From the NCBI GenBank assembly GCA_002414225.1, contig DHYV01000048.1:634-63539 (forward strand): a stretch of DNA of 62,906 nt, given 5' to 3'. The stretch is from Desulfobulbaceae bacterium UBA5121 (GTDB lineage Bacteria > Desulfobacterota > Desulfobulbia > Desulfobulbales > UBA5123). A program made the position numbers and the translations under genes. This document shows positions 10,042-19,940 of this stretch, piece by piece; the first letter of the stretch is position 1, and every line of letters begins with the position of its first letter. The notes below the pieces were generated by a model. That model worked only from the letters and a program-made list of their open reading frames with translations. It did no database searches and was not told where the DNA came from.

Positions 10042-10552
10042 TTAAGAGGTGAATTTCGCCGCGCGGCATGCCGAATTCACAGCGGCGGGCGGCACGGACA
10101 ACAACATATCTAAAATACGAAAAATCAGTCACTTATCACTTAAAGATAAAGTCCAACCTATTCTGCTTGCCGGCTGTCAACTTGGGGTAACGCACCGGTT
10201 TGCGTATGCCTTTTTAGCCGCTCGGGCGTCGATAAGCAATAGTTTCAGTGGTCAGCGGGAACCCTATCTGTAGATTTTTCCATTTTTTCGACTCATGACC
10301 ACCCGGGAAGAGGTGGCGGTCGCGATAAAAGCCGGGTAACGTGGAGGACACCGTCACGACCATATACCATTGCCATCCCGGAAGCCCCTTCTGCCAGATG
10401 GGACAATTGGCGGTTCGACGTTGGCGATTGGCGGAATCACTCGCGTTGGTTCGGTCTGGCCGGCCGCTCAACACCAGCGGCCATGAGCAGAAATCCGGAA
10501 GCACCCGTTTCCGGTCGCCCCCCCCTCGTCGTCAAGGATTGCAGGACTGACA

Positions 10553-12811
10553 GTGTCCACGCCCCAGCGTACCGAAGATACCCTGTTCGACTTTTCCCGC
10601 CGCCGCTTCCTGGCAGCGAACGCGCCCCTGGCCGACCGCATGCGGCCACGGACCCTGGAGGAGTTCGTCGGCCAGGAACGCATCGTGGGGCCGGGCCGCC
10701 TTCTCCGCCGGGCCATCCAGGCAGACCAGCTCTCAAGCCTGATCTTCTACGGCCCGCCAGGAAGCGGCAAGACCACCCTGGCCCGGATCATCGCCAACAC
10801 CACCCGGGCCGACTTCATCACCCTGAACGCCGTGCTCTCCGGGGTCAAGGAGATCCGGGCCGCCATCGATCAGGCCCAGAACCGGCTGGGCACGACGCAA
10901 CGCCGCACCATCCTCTTCATCGACGAGGTGCACCGTTTCAACAAGGCCCAGCAGGACGCCCTGCTCCCTCACGTGGAGAGCGGCACGGTGATCTTCATCG
11001 GCGCCACCACCGAGAACCCCTTCTTCGAGGTCAACAAGGCGCTGCTCTCTCGCTCGCGGATCTTCGAACTCGCCCTGCTCGGCGAGGCGGATCTCGCCCG
11101 GGTGGCCGCCCAGGCCCTCGCTGACCCGGAACGCGGCTACGGCAAGCTCGATATTTTGCTTGCCGACGACGCCCTGGCCCATCTGGTGGCCACGGCCAAC
11201 GGTGATGCCCGAGCGTTGTTGAACGCCCTGGAACTGGCGGTGCAGACCACCGCGGCCGACGCCTCGGGCCGCATCCGTATCGACCGCGAGGTCGCCGAGG
11301 ACTCGATTCAGAAAAAGGCGGTACTCTACGACAAGGACGGCGACGCCCACTACGACGTGATCTCCGCCTTCATCAAGTCGGTGCGCGGTTCCGATCCCGA
11401 TGCCGCCCTCTACTGGCTCGCCAAGATGGTCCATGCCGGCGAGGATCCGCGCTTCATCTTTCGCCGTCTGTTGATCCTCGCCTCCGAAGACATCGGGCTC
11501 GCCGACCCGCACGCCCTCTCCGTGGTGACGAGCGCCGCCCGAGCCTACGACTACGTGGGCATGCCAGAAGGACGCTTCCATCTCGCCCATGCCTGTCTCT
11601 ATCTCGCCACCGCGCCAAAAAGCAATTCGCTGCTCGCCTTTTTTTCGGCGCTCGAAAGTGTTGCCAAGGAGCGGGAAGGCGAGGTTCCGGATCACTTGAA
11701 AGACGGTTCCCGGGACGGCGCCGAGCTGGGCCACGGCCAGAACTACCTCTACCCCCACGCCTACCGGGAACACTGGGTGGCCCAGCAGTACCTGCCCGCC
11801 GCCCTCCAGGGCCGCACCTTTTACCAGCCCGGATGCCTCGGCTACGAAGCCGGGATCAAATCCCGGGTGGAGCGGTGCCGGGAAGAACAGCTCGCCGCTC
11901 TTCTCGAAGGCCAGACCCCTGCCGACAATCCGGGCAACGCCCTCTACCACGCCGCCCATACCTCCGAACCGGTGCGGGCCCGCAACCAGTGGCTCAAACG
12001 GACCCTGGAGGACAGTGGCCGGCGACTGGGCGAACTCCGCGACACCCTCTTTCGCCTTGCCGACTGTGGCCCGGACACCGTTCTCCTCACCGTCAACGAC
12101 GAGACGGGGCTCCTCCTCTGGGAGGGGGTGCGCCGGATCGTTAACGGCGGGGTCTTCACCCTGGTACGCGACGCCAGGGCAGCGGAGATCCTCGAAGCCC
12201 AGGCCCGCAACCTCGATTCCCTGGAACGGCCCACCATCCTCACCGGCGATCTGGCGACCCTGGCCGAGCACCTCGCCGCCGCCCCGGGCCTCGCCTTTGA
12301 CCGCGTTCTTGCCCGGAGCCTCAAGAGCTGGCTGGACGTTGAGCCCGCCGCCCTGGGCCGCCTCGCCGTGGCGCTGGCCCCCGCCGGGCGGCTGGTGGTG
12401 GCCGAGCCCCTGCCCCGGTACGGCCAGCGGCTCTACCGGCTCCTGCCGCCTGGCGCTCTGACAACGGAGTTCGCCGCCCGGCTCGCCGCCGCCGAGGAGT
12501 CCATCTACGCCGATCCCAACCTGGACTGGTGCGAGGAGGAGAACCTGCGCCGCCTCTACACCGATCCCGCCTTCACGCGCCTTGAACTGCACCGCGACCA
12601 GCACCGCCGCGAACTCTACATCCGCCCCGCGGACATCGACAACTGGTTTACCCCCCGCAACGAGGGGGAACGGCCGGCCTACTGCCAGCACCTGGCCAAA
12701 CAGCTCGACCACGGCGAGGTCGCCCAGGTGAAAAACGCCTTCCTCACCCACCTGGCCGGTCGGGTCCACACCGGCACGGCAGTAAACGCCTATCTGGCGC
12801 TGACCAGATAG
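10553..12811 (+). CDS. rarA: Replication-associated recombination ATPase RarA/MgsA with ~300-aa C-terminal extension
   Basis: PLADRMRP, GPPGSGKTT, FIDEVHRFNKAQQD, SAFIKSVRGSDPDAALYW, ASEDIG, YLYPH. Confidence 0.93.
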   Translation: MSTPQRTEDTLFDFSRRRFLAANAPLADRMRPRTLEEFVGQERIVGPGRLLRRAIQADQLSSLIFYGPPGSGKTTLARIIANTTRADFITLNAVLSGVKEIRAAIDQAQNRLGTTQRRTILFIDEVHRFNKAQQDALLPHVESGTVIFIGATTENPFFEVNKALLSRSRIFELALLGEADLARVAAQALADPERGYGKLDILLADDALAHLVATANGDARALLNALELAVQTTAADASGRIRIDREVAEDSIQKKAVLYDKDGDAHYDVISAFIKSVRGSDPDAALYWLAKMVHAGEDPRFIFRRLLILASEDIGLADPHALSVVTSAARAYDYVGMPEGRFHLAHACLYLATAPKSNSLLAFFSALESVAKEREGEVPDHLKDGSRDGAELGHGQNYLYPHAYREHWVAQQYLPAALQGRTFYQPGCLGYEAGIKSRVERCREEQLAALLEGQTPADNPGNALYHAAHTSEPVRARNQWLKRTLEDSGRRLGELRDTLFRLADCGPDTVLLTVNDETGLLLWEGVRRIVNGGVFTLVRDARAAEILEAQARNLDSLERPTILTGDLATLAEHLAAAPGLAFDRVLARSLKSWLDVEPAALGRLAVALAPAGRLVVAEPLPRYGQRLYRLLPPGALTTEFAARLAAAEESIYADPNLDWCEEENLRRLYTDPAFTRLELHRDQHRRELYIRPADIDNWFTPRNEGERPAYCQHLAKQLDHGEVAQVKNAFLTHLAGRVHTGTAVNAYLALTR

Positions 12812-13023
12812 GCGCCGGTTGTTTCGCCACCGCGCCCCACCAAGGCCCCAAGAGATAAAATCGTGGAGCCGGCCCTGCTTCTTTGGTATGGTTTTGCATT
12901 GGTCGCGCGTCAACCTCGAAGCCGGCGGCGACAACCGGTTTCGCCTTTCCGGCCGCCGCCCCGAGCAGGCGACTTCGTTGTCGGGCGCCTGTCTGCCATT
13001 CCGCCCTCCCGGAGAGTTCTTCT

Positions 13024-13248
13024 ATGTGTATCGCCGTACCCTCCAGAGTCGTGGCCATCGAAGGGGAGATGGCCACCATCGACGTCCAGGGCGCCCGCCG
13101 CCAGGTGAACCTGATGCTGCTGCCCGAGCCGGCGGCCATCGACGACTACGTGCTGGTGCATGCCGGTTTTGCCATTCAGAAGATCGACGCCGAGGCCGGC
13201 GCCGAGACCCTGAAGCTCTTCGAACAGATCCTGCAATCCCAAATTTGA
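13024..13248 (+). CDS. hypC: Hydrogenase maturation chaperone HypC/HupF
   Basis: MCIAVP N-terminus and DYVLVHAGFAI motif; SD GGAGAG. Confidence 0.95.
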   Translation: MCIAVPSRVVAIEGEMATIDVQGARRQVNLMLLPEPAAIDDYVLVHAGFAIQKIDAEAGAETLKLFEQILQSQI

Positions 13249-13255
13249 ACCGACC

Positions 13256-13600
13256 ATGCACGAAGCGTCCATCGCCATGAACGTCCTCGACACGGTTCTG
13301 GCGGAATGCCGCCAACGCGGATTCCAGCGGATCGAGGCGGTCCGGCTGCGCATCGGCAGGGCTTCGGGAATCCTGCCCGACGCCCTTCGCTTCGCCTTTG
13401 ACATCGCCAAGGCCGACACCGCCGCCGACCAGGCCGAGCTTCACATCGAACTCGTCCCCCTGGGCGGCCACTGTCGCGATTGCGGCCACGACTTCGAAAC
13501 CCCTGAGCGGGTGGTCTTCGAATGTCCCCACTGCCACGGCAACGATTTTTCCGTTGCCCGGGGCTATGAGATGGATATCGTTGACATGGAAGTAAACTAG
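13256..13600 (+). CDS. hypA: Hydrogenase nickel metallochaperone HypA
   Basis: MHE N-terminus, CRDC and CPHC Zn motifs. Confidence 0.95.
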   Translation: MHEASIAMNVLDTVLAECRQRGFQRIEAVRLRIGRASGILPDALRFAFDIAKADTAADQAELHIELVPLGGHCRDCGHDFETPERVVFECPHCHGNDFSVARGYEMDIVDMEVN

Positions 13601-13732
13601 CGCCCGGCAGGCAGGGCCGTGGTTTCCGGACGGAGCGGCCTGCCGTCGAACGCCGTAACGAGCAAAAAATCATGATTCTCTATGTGATCACGCCCCGGCC
13701 GGAGCTTCCATCCCCGGCCGGAAAGGAAAGCC

Positions 13733-15121
13733 ATGACATCCGTTCTCCTGGTTGACGACGAACCGAGCATGCGCGAATTCCTGCGCATCCTTCTTGCCAA
13801 AGAGGGGTTCCGGACGGTGACCGCCGTTGACGGCGAAACCGCCCTGGCCGCGGTCAAGCGGGAAGCCTTTGATCTGATGATCTCGGATATCCGCATGCCC
13901 GGCATGGGAGGGCTTGCTCTCCTGGCCAAGGTCAAGGAGCAGGCCAGCGGCCTGCCGGTGATCATGATCACCGCCTTCGCCTCGCCGGAAGACGCGGTGG
14001 AGGCGATGAAACACGGCGCCTACGACTACATCACCAAACCGTTCCAGGTCGACGAGATCAAGGCGGTCATCCGCTCGGCCATTGCCAGCAGCACCACCGC
14101 CCCGGTCCGCGATACGGCGGAGCCCTTTGCCGGCATGATCGGCAACAGCCCAGAGATGCTCAAGATCTTCGATCTGATCAAGCGCATCGCCCCCACCCAC
14201 GCCAATGTCCTCATCCATGGCGAATCCGGCACCGGCAAGGAGCTGGTGGCCCAGGCCATCCACGCCCACAGCAATGTCGCCGCCCAGAGCTTCGTTCCCA
14301 TCACCTGCAGCGCCATTCCCGAAAGCCTCATCGAAAGCGAGCTGTTCGGCCACGTCAAGGGGGCCTTCACCGGCGCCATCTCCGCCAAGGCCGGCCTCTT
14401 CGAGATCGCCGATAACGGCAGCGCTTTTCTGGACGAGATCGGCGAGTTGACCCCCCTCATCCAGACCAAGCTGCTGCGCGTCCTCCAGGAACGCGAGTTC
14501 AAGCGGGTGGGAGGCACCGAAACCATCAAGGTCAACGTCCGGGTGATCTCCGCCACCAACAAGGATCTCGAAGAAGAGGTGATGGCCGGCCGCTTCCGCG
14601 AGGATCTCTTCTACCGGCTGGCGGTGGTGCCCATCAGGGTGCCGCCGTTACGCGAACGCAAGGGCGATGTCCCCCTGCTGGTGGACCACTTCCTCAAGAA
14701 GTACTCCGCCGTCTTCGGCAAGGACATCGGAGAGATCTCCACCTATGCCCTGAAGGTGCTGATGGATTACGATTTTCCGGGCAACGTTCGGGAACTGGAA
14801 AACATCATCGAACGTGGCGTGGCCCTCGAAAACTCCAACATCATCCTCCCCGACAGCCTGAGCCTCTCCACGCATCGCCGGCAACGGCTCGCCAGGGAGG
14901 AACCGGCCCTGCCGACGCCGATCACCCTCAGCGCCGATGTGCCGGCCGAGGAGGAGATCTATGCCCTCGGCCTTGAAGAGGTGATGACCCGAATCGAGAA
15001 GAAGATGATCCAGCAGGCGCTCGTGAAGGCCAACAACTCCAAGATGCGCGCCGCGGAGCTGTTGCGGATCAGCTTCCGCTCCCTGCGCTACAAGGTCCAG
15101 AAGTACGGCATCGAACCGTAA
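13733..15121 (+). CDS. pilR: Sigma54-dependent response regulator, PilR-like
   Basis: REC, GESGTGKELVA, ESELFGHVKGAFTGA, FPGNVRELEN, C-terminal ISFRSLRY Fis-HTH typical of PilR. Confidence 0.85.
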   Translation: MTSVLLVDDEPSMREFLRILLAKEGFRTVTAVDGETALAAVKREAFDLMISDIRMPGMGGLALLAKVKEQASGLPVIMITAFASPEDAVEAMKHGAYDYITKPFQVDEIKAVIRSAIASSTTAPVRDTAEPFAGMIGNSPEMLKIFDLIKRIAPTHANVLIHGESGTGKELVAQAIHAHSNVAAQSFVPITCSAIPESLIESELFGHVKGAFTGAISAKAGLFEIADNGSAFLDEIGELTPLIQTKLLRVLQEREFKRVGGTETIKVNVRVISATNKDLEEEVMAGRFREDLFYRLAVVPIRVPPLRERKGDVPLLVDHFLKKYSAVFGKDIGEISTYALKVLMDYDFPGNVRELENIIERGVALENSNIILPDSLSLSTHRRQRLAREEPALPTPITLSADVPAEEEIYALGLEEVMTRIEKKMIQQALVKANNSKMRAAELLRISFRSLRYKVQKYGIEP

Positions 15122-15241
15122 CCGGGACCGCGGCGACGGCAAGGAAGCGGGTCCGCGCTGGCGGCAGCAGGGCGCCCCAGCGCTCCCCGGCGCAGTGCCG
15201 GCCGACGCGATCCGATCCTCCGGCAATCCAGAGGGAATCCC

Positions 15242-16960
15242 ATGTCATCCTCTCTCAGCGAACTCTGCCTGCCGACACCGAACAACCCCGCCGGGGGGGC
15301 TCCTCCCATCAAACGCCAGTGCCAGTGGCTCCTCTTCCTGCGGGTGGTGGTTCTCTCCCTGCTGCTCGGCATAAGCCTGCTGCTCCAAAGCCAGGGACAT
15401 CAGCTGCTCATCCCGCCGCTCAACTACATCTCGCTGTTCATCGCCGCGGTCTACGGCTTCACCATCGTCTCGGCCCTGCTGCTGAATCGAGCCCGCTTCC
15501 GCTGCTACCGGCTCTTCGCCTACAGCCAGATCTTCATCGACATCCTGCTCGCCTCGGCACTGGTACTCTTCACCGGCGGCAGCCAGTCGATCTTCACCAT
15601 TGTCTTCTTCCTGCCCATCATCAGCGCCAGCATCCTCCTCTTCCGGCGGGGGAGCCTCGCGGCGGCGGCGCTTGCCACCCTCTGTTACGGCACCATTCTG
15701 TTCTCCGAGCACCTGGGTTATCACCCCAGCCTCTTTCAGCAGAAATGGCAGAGTCCGCTCACCTCCCCCATCGTGGTCATGCACTTCTTTGCGGTGACGG
15801 GCATGAGCTTCTTCCTGGTCGCCATCCTCGGCTCTCTGCTCTCGGAACGGCTGCAACGGACCGAGGCCGCCCTGTCGGTGGCCTCCCGGAACTACGACCG
15901 CCTCGCCCTCCTCTACAAACAGATCGTCGACGACATCTCATCGGGCATCATCACCGTGGACCCGGCCGGCCGGATCACCTCCTTCAACCGCGCCGCCGAG
16001 GAGATCACCGGCTTTACCGCCGGCGACATGCTGGGCCAGGGGATGGGCCGCCAATTTCCCGAACTGACCGACTTCCCCGCCGGCTCCCCCCGGCCGGTGA
16101 CCACCCTTACCCGCCGGGACGGCCAGCGCATCCCGGTGGGCTATTCCTGGGCAAAACTCAACATGCCCCATGAACCGGGGAACTACCGTCTCTACACCTT
16201 CCAGGATCTGAGCCAAATAAAGATGCTCGAAGAACAGATGCGCCAGGCCGAAAAGATGGCCGTCATCGGCAAGATGGCCGCCGGCGTGGCCCACGAGTTC
16301 CGAAACCCGCTGGCCGCCATCTCCGGCGCCGCTCAGGTTCTGGCCGAGGGGGTGCGGGACGACCCCAACGACCGCGACCTCATGGCGATCATCGTCCGGG
16401 AATGCGACCGGCTCGAAAAATCCATAGCCGATTTCCTCCAGTTCTCCAAACCCGCCCCGCCGGAAAAACAGTGGTTCTCCCTGGCCGGGCTGGTTGAGGA
16501 CACCTTCAAGCTCCTGCGTCAGGCCAGGAACTGGAGCGACTGTTGCCGGTCACGCCAGATGATCCCAAACCAGCTCGACTGCTGGGCCGACCCGGGCCAG
16601 CTGCAGCAGGTTCTCTTCAACCTCATCAACAACAGCTGCCTTGCCATGGGGGAGAAGGGCGGCGTGGTGACGGTGGCCGCCGTGGAGATGGAGTCAGAGG
16701 GCGAGGAAGAAATTCATCTCAGCGTGACCGACGAGGGCCCCGGCATCCCGCCGGGAGTGGCGGCGCGGGTCTTTGAACCGTTTTTCACCACCCGGGAAAA
16801 CGGCACCGGCCTGGGACTTGCCATTGTCCAGCAGATCGTCACCAACCACGACGGCAAGGTACGCCTCGAACCAGCGGCGGGTGGAACGGGAACGACCGTT
16901 ATCGTCCCCCTGCCACTCCCCCGCACCGGCCTGCCGGCACAAGGCCAAAATTTGCCGTAG
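15242..16960 (+). CDS. pilS: Sensor histidine kinase, PilS-like
   Basis: Multi-TM N-terminus with TGGxxSIF motif, PAS, AHEFRNPL, FEPFFTT, GTGLGL. Confidence 0.85.
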   Translation: MSSSLSELCLPTPNNPAGGAPPIKRQCQWLLFLRVVVLSLLLGISLLLQSQGHQLLIPPLNYISLFIAAVYGFTIVSALLLNRARFRCYRLFAYSQIFIDILLASALVLFTGGSQSIFTIVFFLPIISASILLFRRGSLAAAALATLCYGTILFSEHLGYHPSLFQQKWQSPLTSPIVVMHFFAVTGMSFFLVAILGSLLSERLQRTEAALSVASRNYDRLALLYKQIVDDISSGIITVDPAGRITSFNRAAEEITGFTAGDMLGQGMGRQFPELTDFPAGSPRPVTTLTRRDGQRIPVGYSWAKLNMPHEPGNYRLYTFQDLSQIKMLEEQMRQAEKMAVIGKMAAGVAHEFRNPLAAISGAAQVLAEGVRDDPNDRDLMAIIVRECDRLEKSIADFLQFSKPAPPEKQWFSLAGLVEDTFKLLRQARNWSDCCRSRQMIPNQLDCWADPGQLQQVLFNLINNSCLAMGEKGGVVTVAAVEMESEGEEEIHLSVTDEGPGIPPGVAARVFEPFFTTRENGTGLGLAIVQQIVTNHDGKVRLEPAAGGTGTTVIVPLPLPRTGLPAQGQNLP

Positions 16961-17104
16961 ACCCTTCCGGGCATTCCGACTCGCCCGTCTCAAGCCGCGC
17001 CATCATCTCCCGCCGCCCCGGCACCGGCAACGCCTTTCCCTTCACCACGCCGCACCCCACCGCCCTGCCGGCTGCTCTTTCTCCCTTGGGGGGGGAAACC
17101 GCGG

Positions 17105-17890
17105 TCAGCCGCCAGAGGCAGGATAACCGGCAGGGGGCAGCGGCCACTCACGTCGCAGCAGGGCCAGGGCCTCGTGGTTGGTCAGATCAAGATGGAGGGG
17201 GGTAACCGACACGTAGCCGGAGAGCACGGCATGGGCATCGGTGTCCCCACCGCTGTCCCAGCAGGGGGTACCGCCGCCGATCCAGTAGTGGCGGCGGCCC
17301 CAAGGGTCGGCGGTTTCCTTGATGGCCCCCTCGTACACCCGCCGGCCCTGGCGGGTGAAACATAGCCCCGGGATCTCCGTCAGTGGCCGGGCCGGTACGT
17401 TGACATTGAGCAGGGTGTCCCGGGGCAGCCCGCGCTCAAGAATGAAACCGGCGACAAGGCGGGCGTACTCGGCGGCAACGGTGTAGTCGTAAGATTCGCT
17501 GGCCACGAGAGAGACGGCCAGGGCCGGGATGCCCAGCATGGTCGCCTCGACCGCCGCCGAGACCGTACCCGAATAGCTGACGTCATCGCCCAGGTTGGCG
17601 CCCGGATTGATACCAGAGGCCACGAGGCATGGGCGGACGGCGAGGATCTTGCTGATACCGATGGTGACACAGTCGGTGGGGGTCCCGTCGATGGAGTAAA
17701 TGTCCTCGGCGAGCCGCTTCACCCGCAGGGGCCGGTCCATGGTCAGGGCGTGGCTCACCGCACTGCTGTCCCGTTCCGGGGCCACGATCACCGGCCGGCC
17801 GATGGGCCGCATGGCCTCGGCAAGACACCGCAACCCCGGGGCATGCACCCCGTCATCATTGGTTACCAGGATAAGCGGCTCTCCGGTCAT
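17105..17890 (-). CDS. surE: 5'/3'-nucleotidase SurE
   Basis: ILVTNDDGVHAPG, GTPTDCV, SGINPGANLG, YSGTV. Confidence 0.97.
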   Translation of the reverse strand: MTGEPLILVTNDDGVHAPGLRCLAEAMRPIGRPVIVAPERDSSAVSHALTMDRPLRVKRLAEDIYSIDGTPTDCVTIGISKILAVRPCLVASGINPGANLGDDVSYSGTVSAAVEATMLGIPALAVSLVASESYDYTVAAEYARLVAGFILERGLPRDTLLNVNVPARPLTEIPGLCFTRQGRRVYEGAIKETADPWGRRHYWIGGGTPCWDSGGDTDAHAVLSGYVSVTPLHLDLTNHEALALLRREWPLPPAGYPASGG

Positions 17891-18365
17891 CTCTCCTCCC
17901 ACAGTGTTCGATATGCTTGGGTTACGTACTCGCCCGCCGACGGGATAAACCTTCCCATTTTACTCCAGTAATCCTTATGGCACAGTAGTGGAATAACTTT
18001 TCACCGTAATTTTCAGCACCGCTTTCTTCAAGAACTGAAACCATGGCTCTGAATCGTCCGGCCAGAACGCCCTCACCCGCTGGCCGGCTTCTGGCGCCAG
18101 GCGCAAAGATTGTGGCGCGTTACCTACTGATCGGGTACCGTATAGTATGGTTCTCATTATGAGGAATGTTACGGTCCTGTATCCGCGGGTGTCCGACCGT
18201 GTCCCCGGTGTTGCGAAGAGGGCCGTTCGGGCACACCAAACCGGCTGTCGATAGAGGCGACGGAGTGCCGGCGGCCGCCCCGCCAAAGGTGCCGGCGTGA
18301 CGTTACGACCGCTGTTTCAGCGAGACAAGCCAGACCGATTCATCCATCTCATCACGGATTGAAGG

Positions 18366-19895
18366 ATGCTCGCAAAAGTGATAAGCGGAGCGGTGATCGG
18401 CGTGGACGGCCTGCTGGTGGAGGTGGAAACCGACATCGCTTTTGGTCTGCCCACCTTCATGACCGTGGGGCTGCCCGAGGGGGCGGTTCGGGAGAGCAAG
18501 GATCGGGTCAAGGCCGCGGTCAAGAACTCCGGTTACGAGTTCCCCAACCGACGGATCACCGTCAATCTCGCCCCTGCCGACGTCAAGAAAGGCGGCGCCG
18601 GCTACGACCTGCCCATGGCCATTGGCATCCTCGCCGCTTCGGAAACCCTGCGGAGCGACATCCTCCCCCGATACATGGCAGTGGGCGAACTCTCCCTGGA
18701 CGGATCGGTACGCACCACCCGCGGCGTTCTTCCCATGGCCCTGGCCGCCAGGGCAGCGGGGCTTGCCGGCATCCTGGTGCCCGCTGCCAATGCCCACGAG
18801 GCAGCAGTGGTGCAGGGACTCGATGTGATCAGCGTGGAAACCCTGGCCCAGGCGGTGGAGTTTCTTGCCGGCCAACGCGCCCTCGCCCCCTCCCGGGTGG
18901 ATCTGGCAGAGCTGTTCCACGACGTGAGCGTCCATCAGGTTGACTTCAGCGAGGTACGCGGCCAGGAACACCTCAAGCGGGCACTTGAGGTCGCTGCCGC
19001 CGGCGGCCACAACGTCCTGATGAAGGGGCCACCTGGCTCAGGCAAGACCATGGCGGCCCGGCGCCTGCCCACCATCCTGCCGGACCTCACCTTTGACGAA
19101 TCCCTTGAAACCACCAAGATCTACAGCGTCATGGGGCTGCTGCCGGAGGGCCGAGGCCTGCTCACCACCCGGCCCTTCAAGGCGCCACACCACACCATTT
19201 CCGACGCTGGTCTCATCGGCGGCGGCCATCAGCCCCGCCCCGGCGAGGTGTCACTGGCCCACAACGGCGTGCTCTTTCTCGACGAACTGGCCGAGTTCAA
19301 GAAAAACGTCCTGGAGGTGTTGCGCCAGCCCCTGGAGGACGGCTCGGTCACCATTGCCCGCGCCGCCTCCTCGGTGAACTTTCCGGCCCGGTTCATACTG
19401 GTGGCGGCGATGAACCCCTGCCCCTGCGGTTACCTGGGCGACCCGCGCCATGACTGCCAGTGTTCGCCGCTCGAAATCCGGCGCTATGAAAGCCGCCTCT
19501 CCGGCCCCCTGCTTGATCGGATCGACATCCACATCGCGGTGCCGGCGGTACCGGTGGCCGAACTCACCGAGCGCAGCGACGGCGAACCGTCCGAAACGAT
19601 CCGCAACCGGGTGAACCAGGCCCGCGCCATCCAGATGGAACGCTACCGCCGCCACCGCCATATTCACTGCAACGGCCAGATGGGCCCCAAGGAGATCAAG
19701 AAACACTGCCCCCTTGACGCCCCGACCTTTGCCCTGCTCGAATCGGCGGTGGCCCGCTTGGGGCTGTCGGCCCGGGCCTTTCACCGAATCCTCAAGATCG
19801 GCCGCACCATTGCCGATCTTGAGGGAAGTGAGGCCATCGGCTCCGCCCACATCGCAGAGGCGGTACAGTACCGCCGCCAGGAACAGAAACAATGA
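18366..19895 (+). CDS. comM: YifB/ComM Mg-chelatase-like AAA+ ATPase (competence helicase)
   Basis: VGLPEGAVRES, NLAPADVKK, GPPGSGKT, PHHTIS, GEVSLAHNGVLFLDE, MNPCPCG. Confidence 0.95.
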   Translation: MLAKVISGAVIGVDGLLVEVETDIAFGLPTFMTVGLPEGAVRESKDRVKAAVKNSGYEFPNRRITVNLAPADVKKGGAGYDLPMAIGILAASETLRSDILPRYMAVGELSLDGSVRTTRGVLPMALAARAAGLAGILVPAANAHEAAVVQGLDVISVETLAQAVEFLAGQRALAPSRVDLAELFHDVSVHQVDFSEVRGQEHLKRALEVAAAGGHNVLMKGPPGSGKTMAARRLPTILPDLTFDESLETTKIYSVMGLLPEGRGLLTTRPFKAPHHTISDAGLIGGGHQPRPGEVSLAHNGVLFLDELAEFKKNVLEVLRQPLEDGSVTIARAASSVNFPARFILVAAMNPCPCGYLGDPRHDCQCSPLEIRRYESRLSGPLLDRIDIHIAVPAVPVAELTERSDGEPSETIRNRVNQARAIQMERYRRHRHIHCNGQMGPKEIKKHCPLDAPTFALLESAVARLGLSARAFHRILKIGRTIADLEGSEAIGSAHIAEAVQYRRQEQKQ

Positions 19896-19940
19896 CCCGC
19901 TTGCCGTTTCTCCTTACAGTACAGTAACGGTTGCATACGG

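Noticed and set aside
12884-12898. TGGTATGGTTTTGCA upstream of hypC as a sigma54 promoter
   Set aside because: GG-to-GC spacing is 9 nt; sigma54 requires 10
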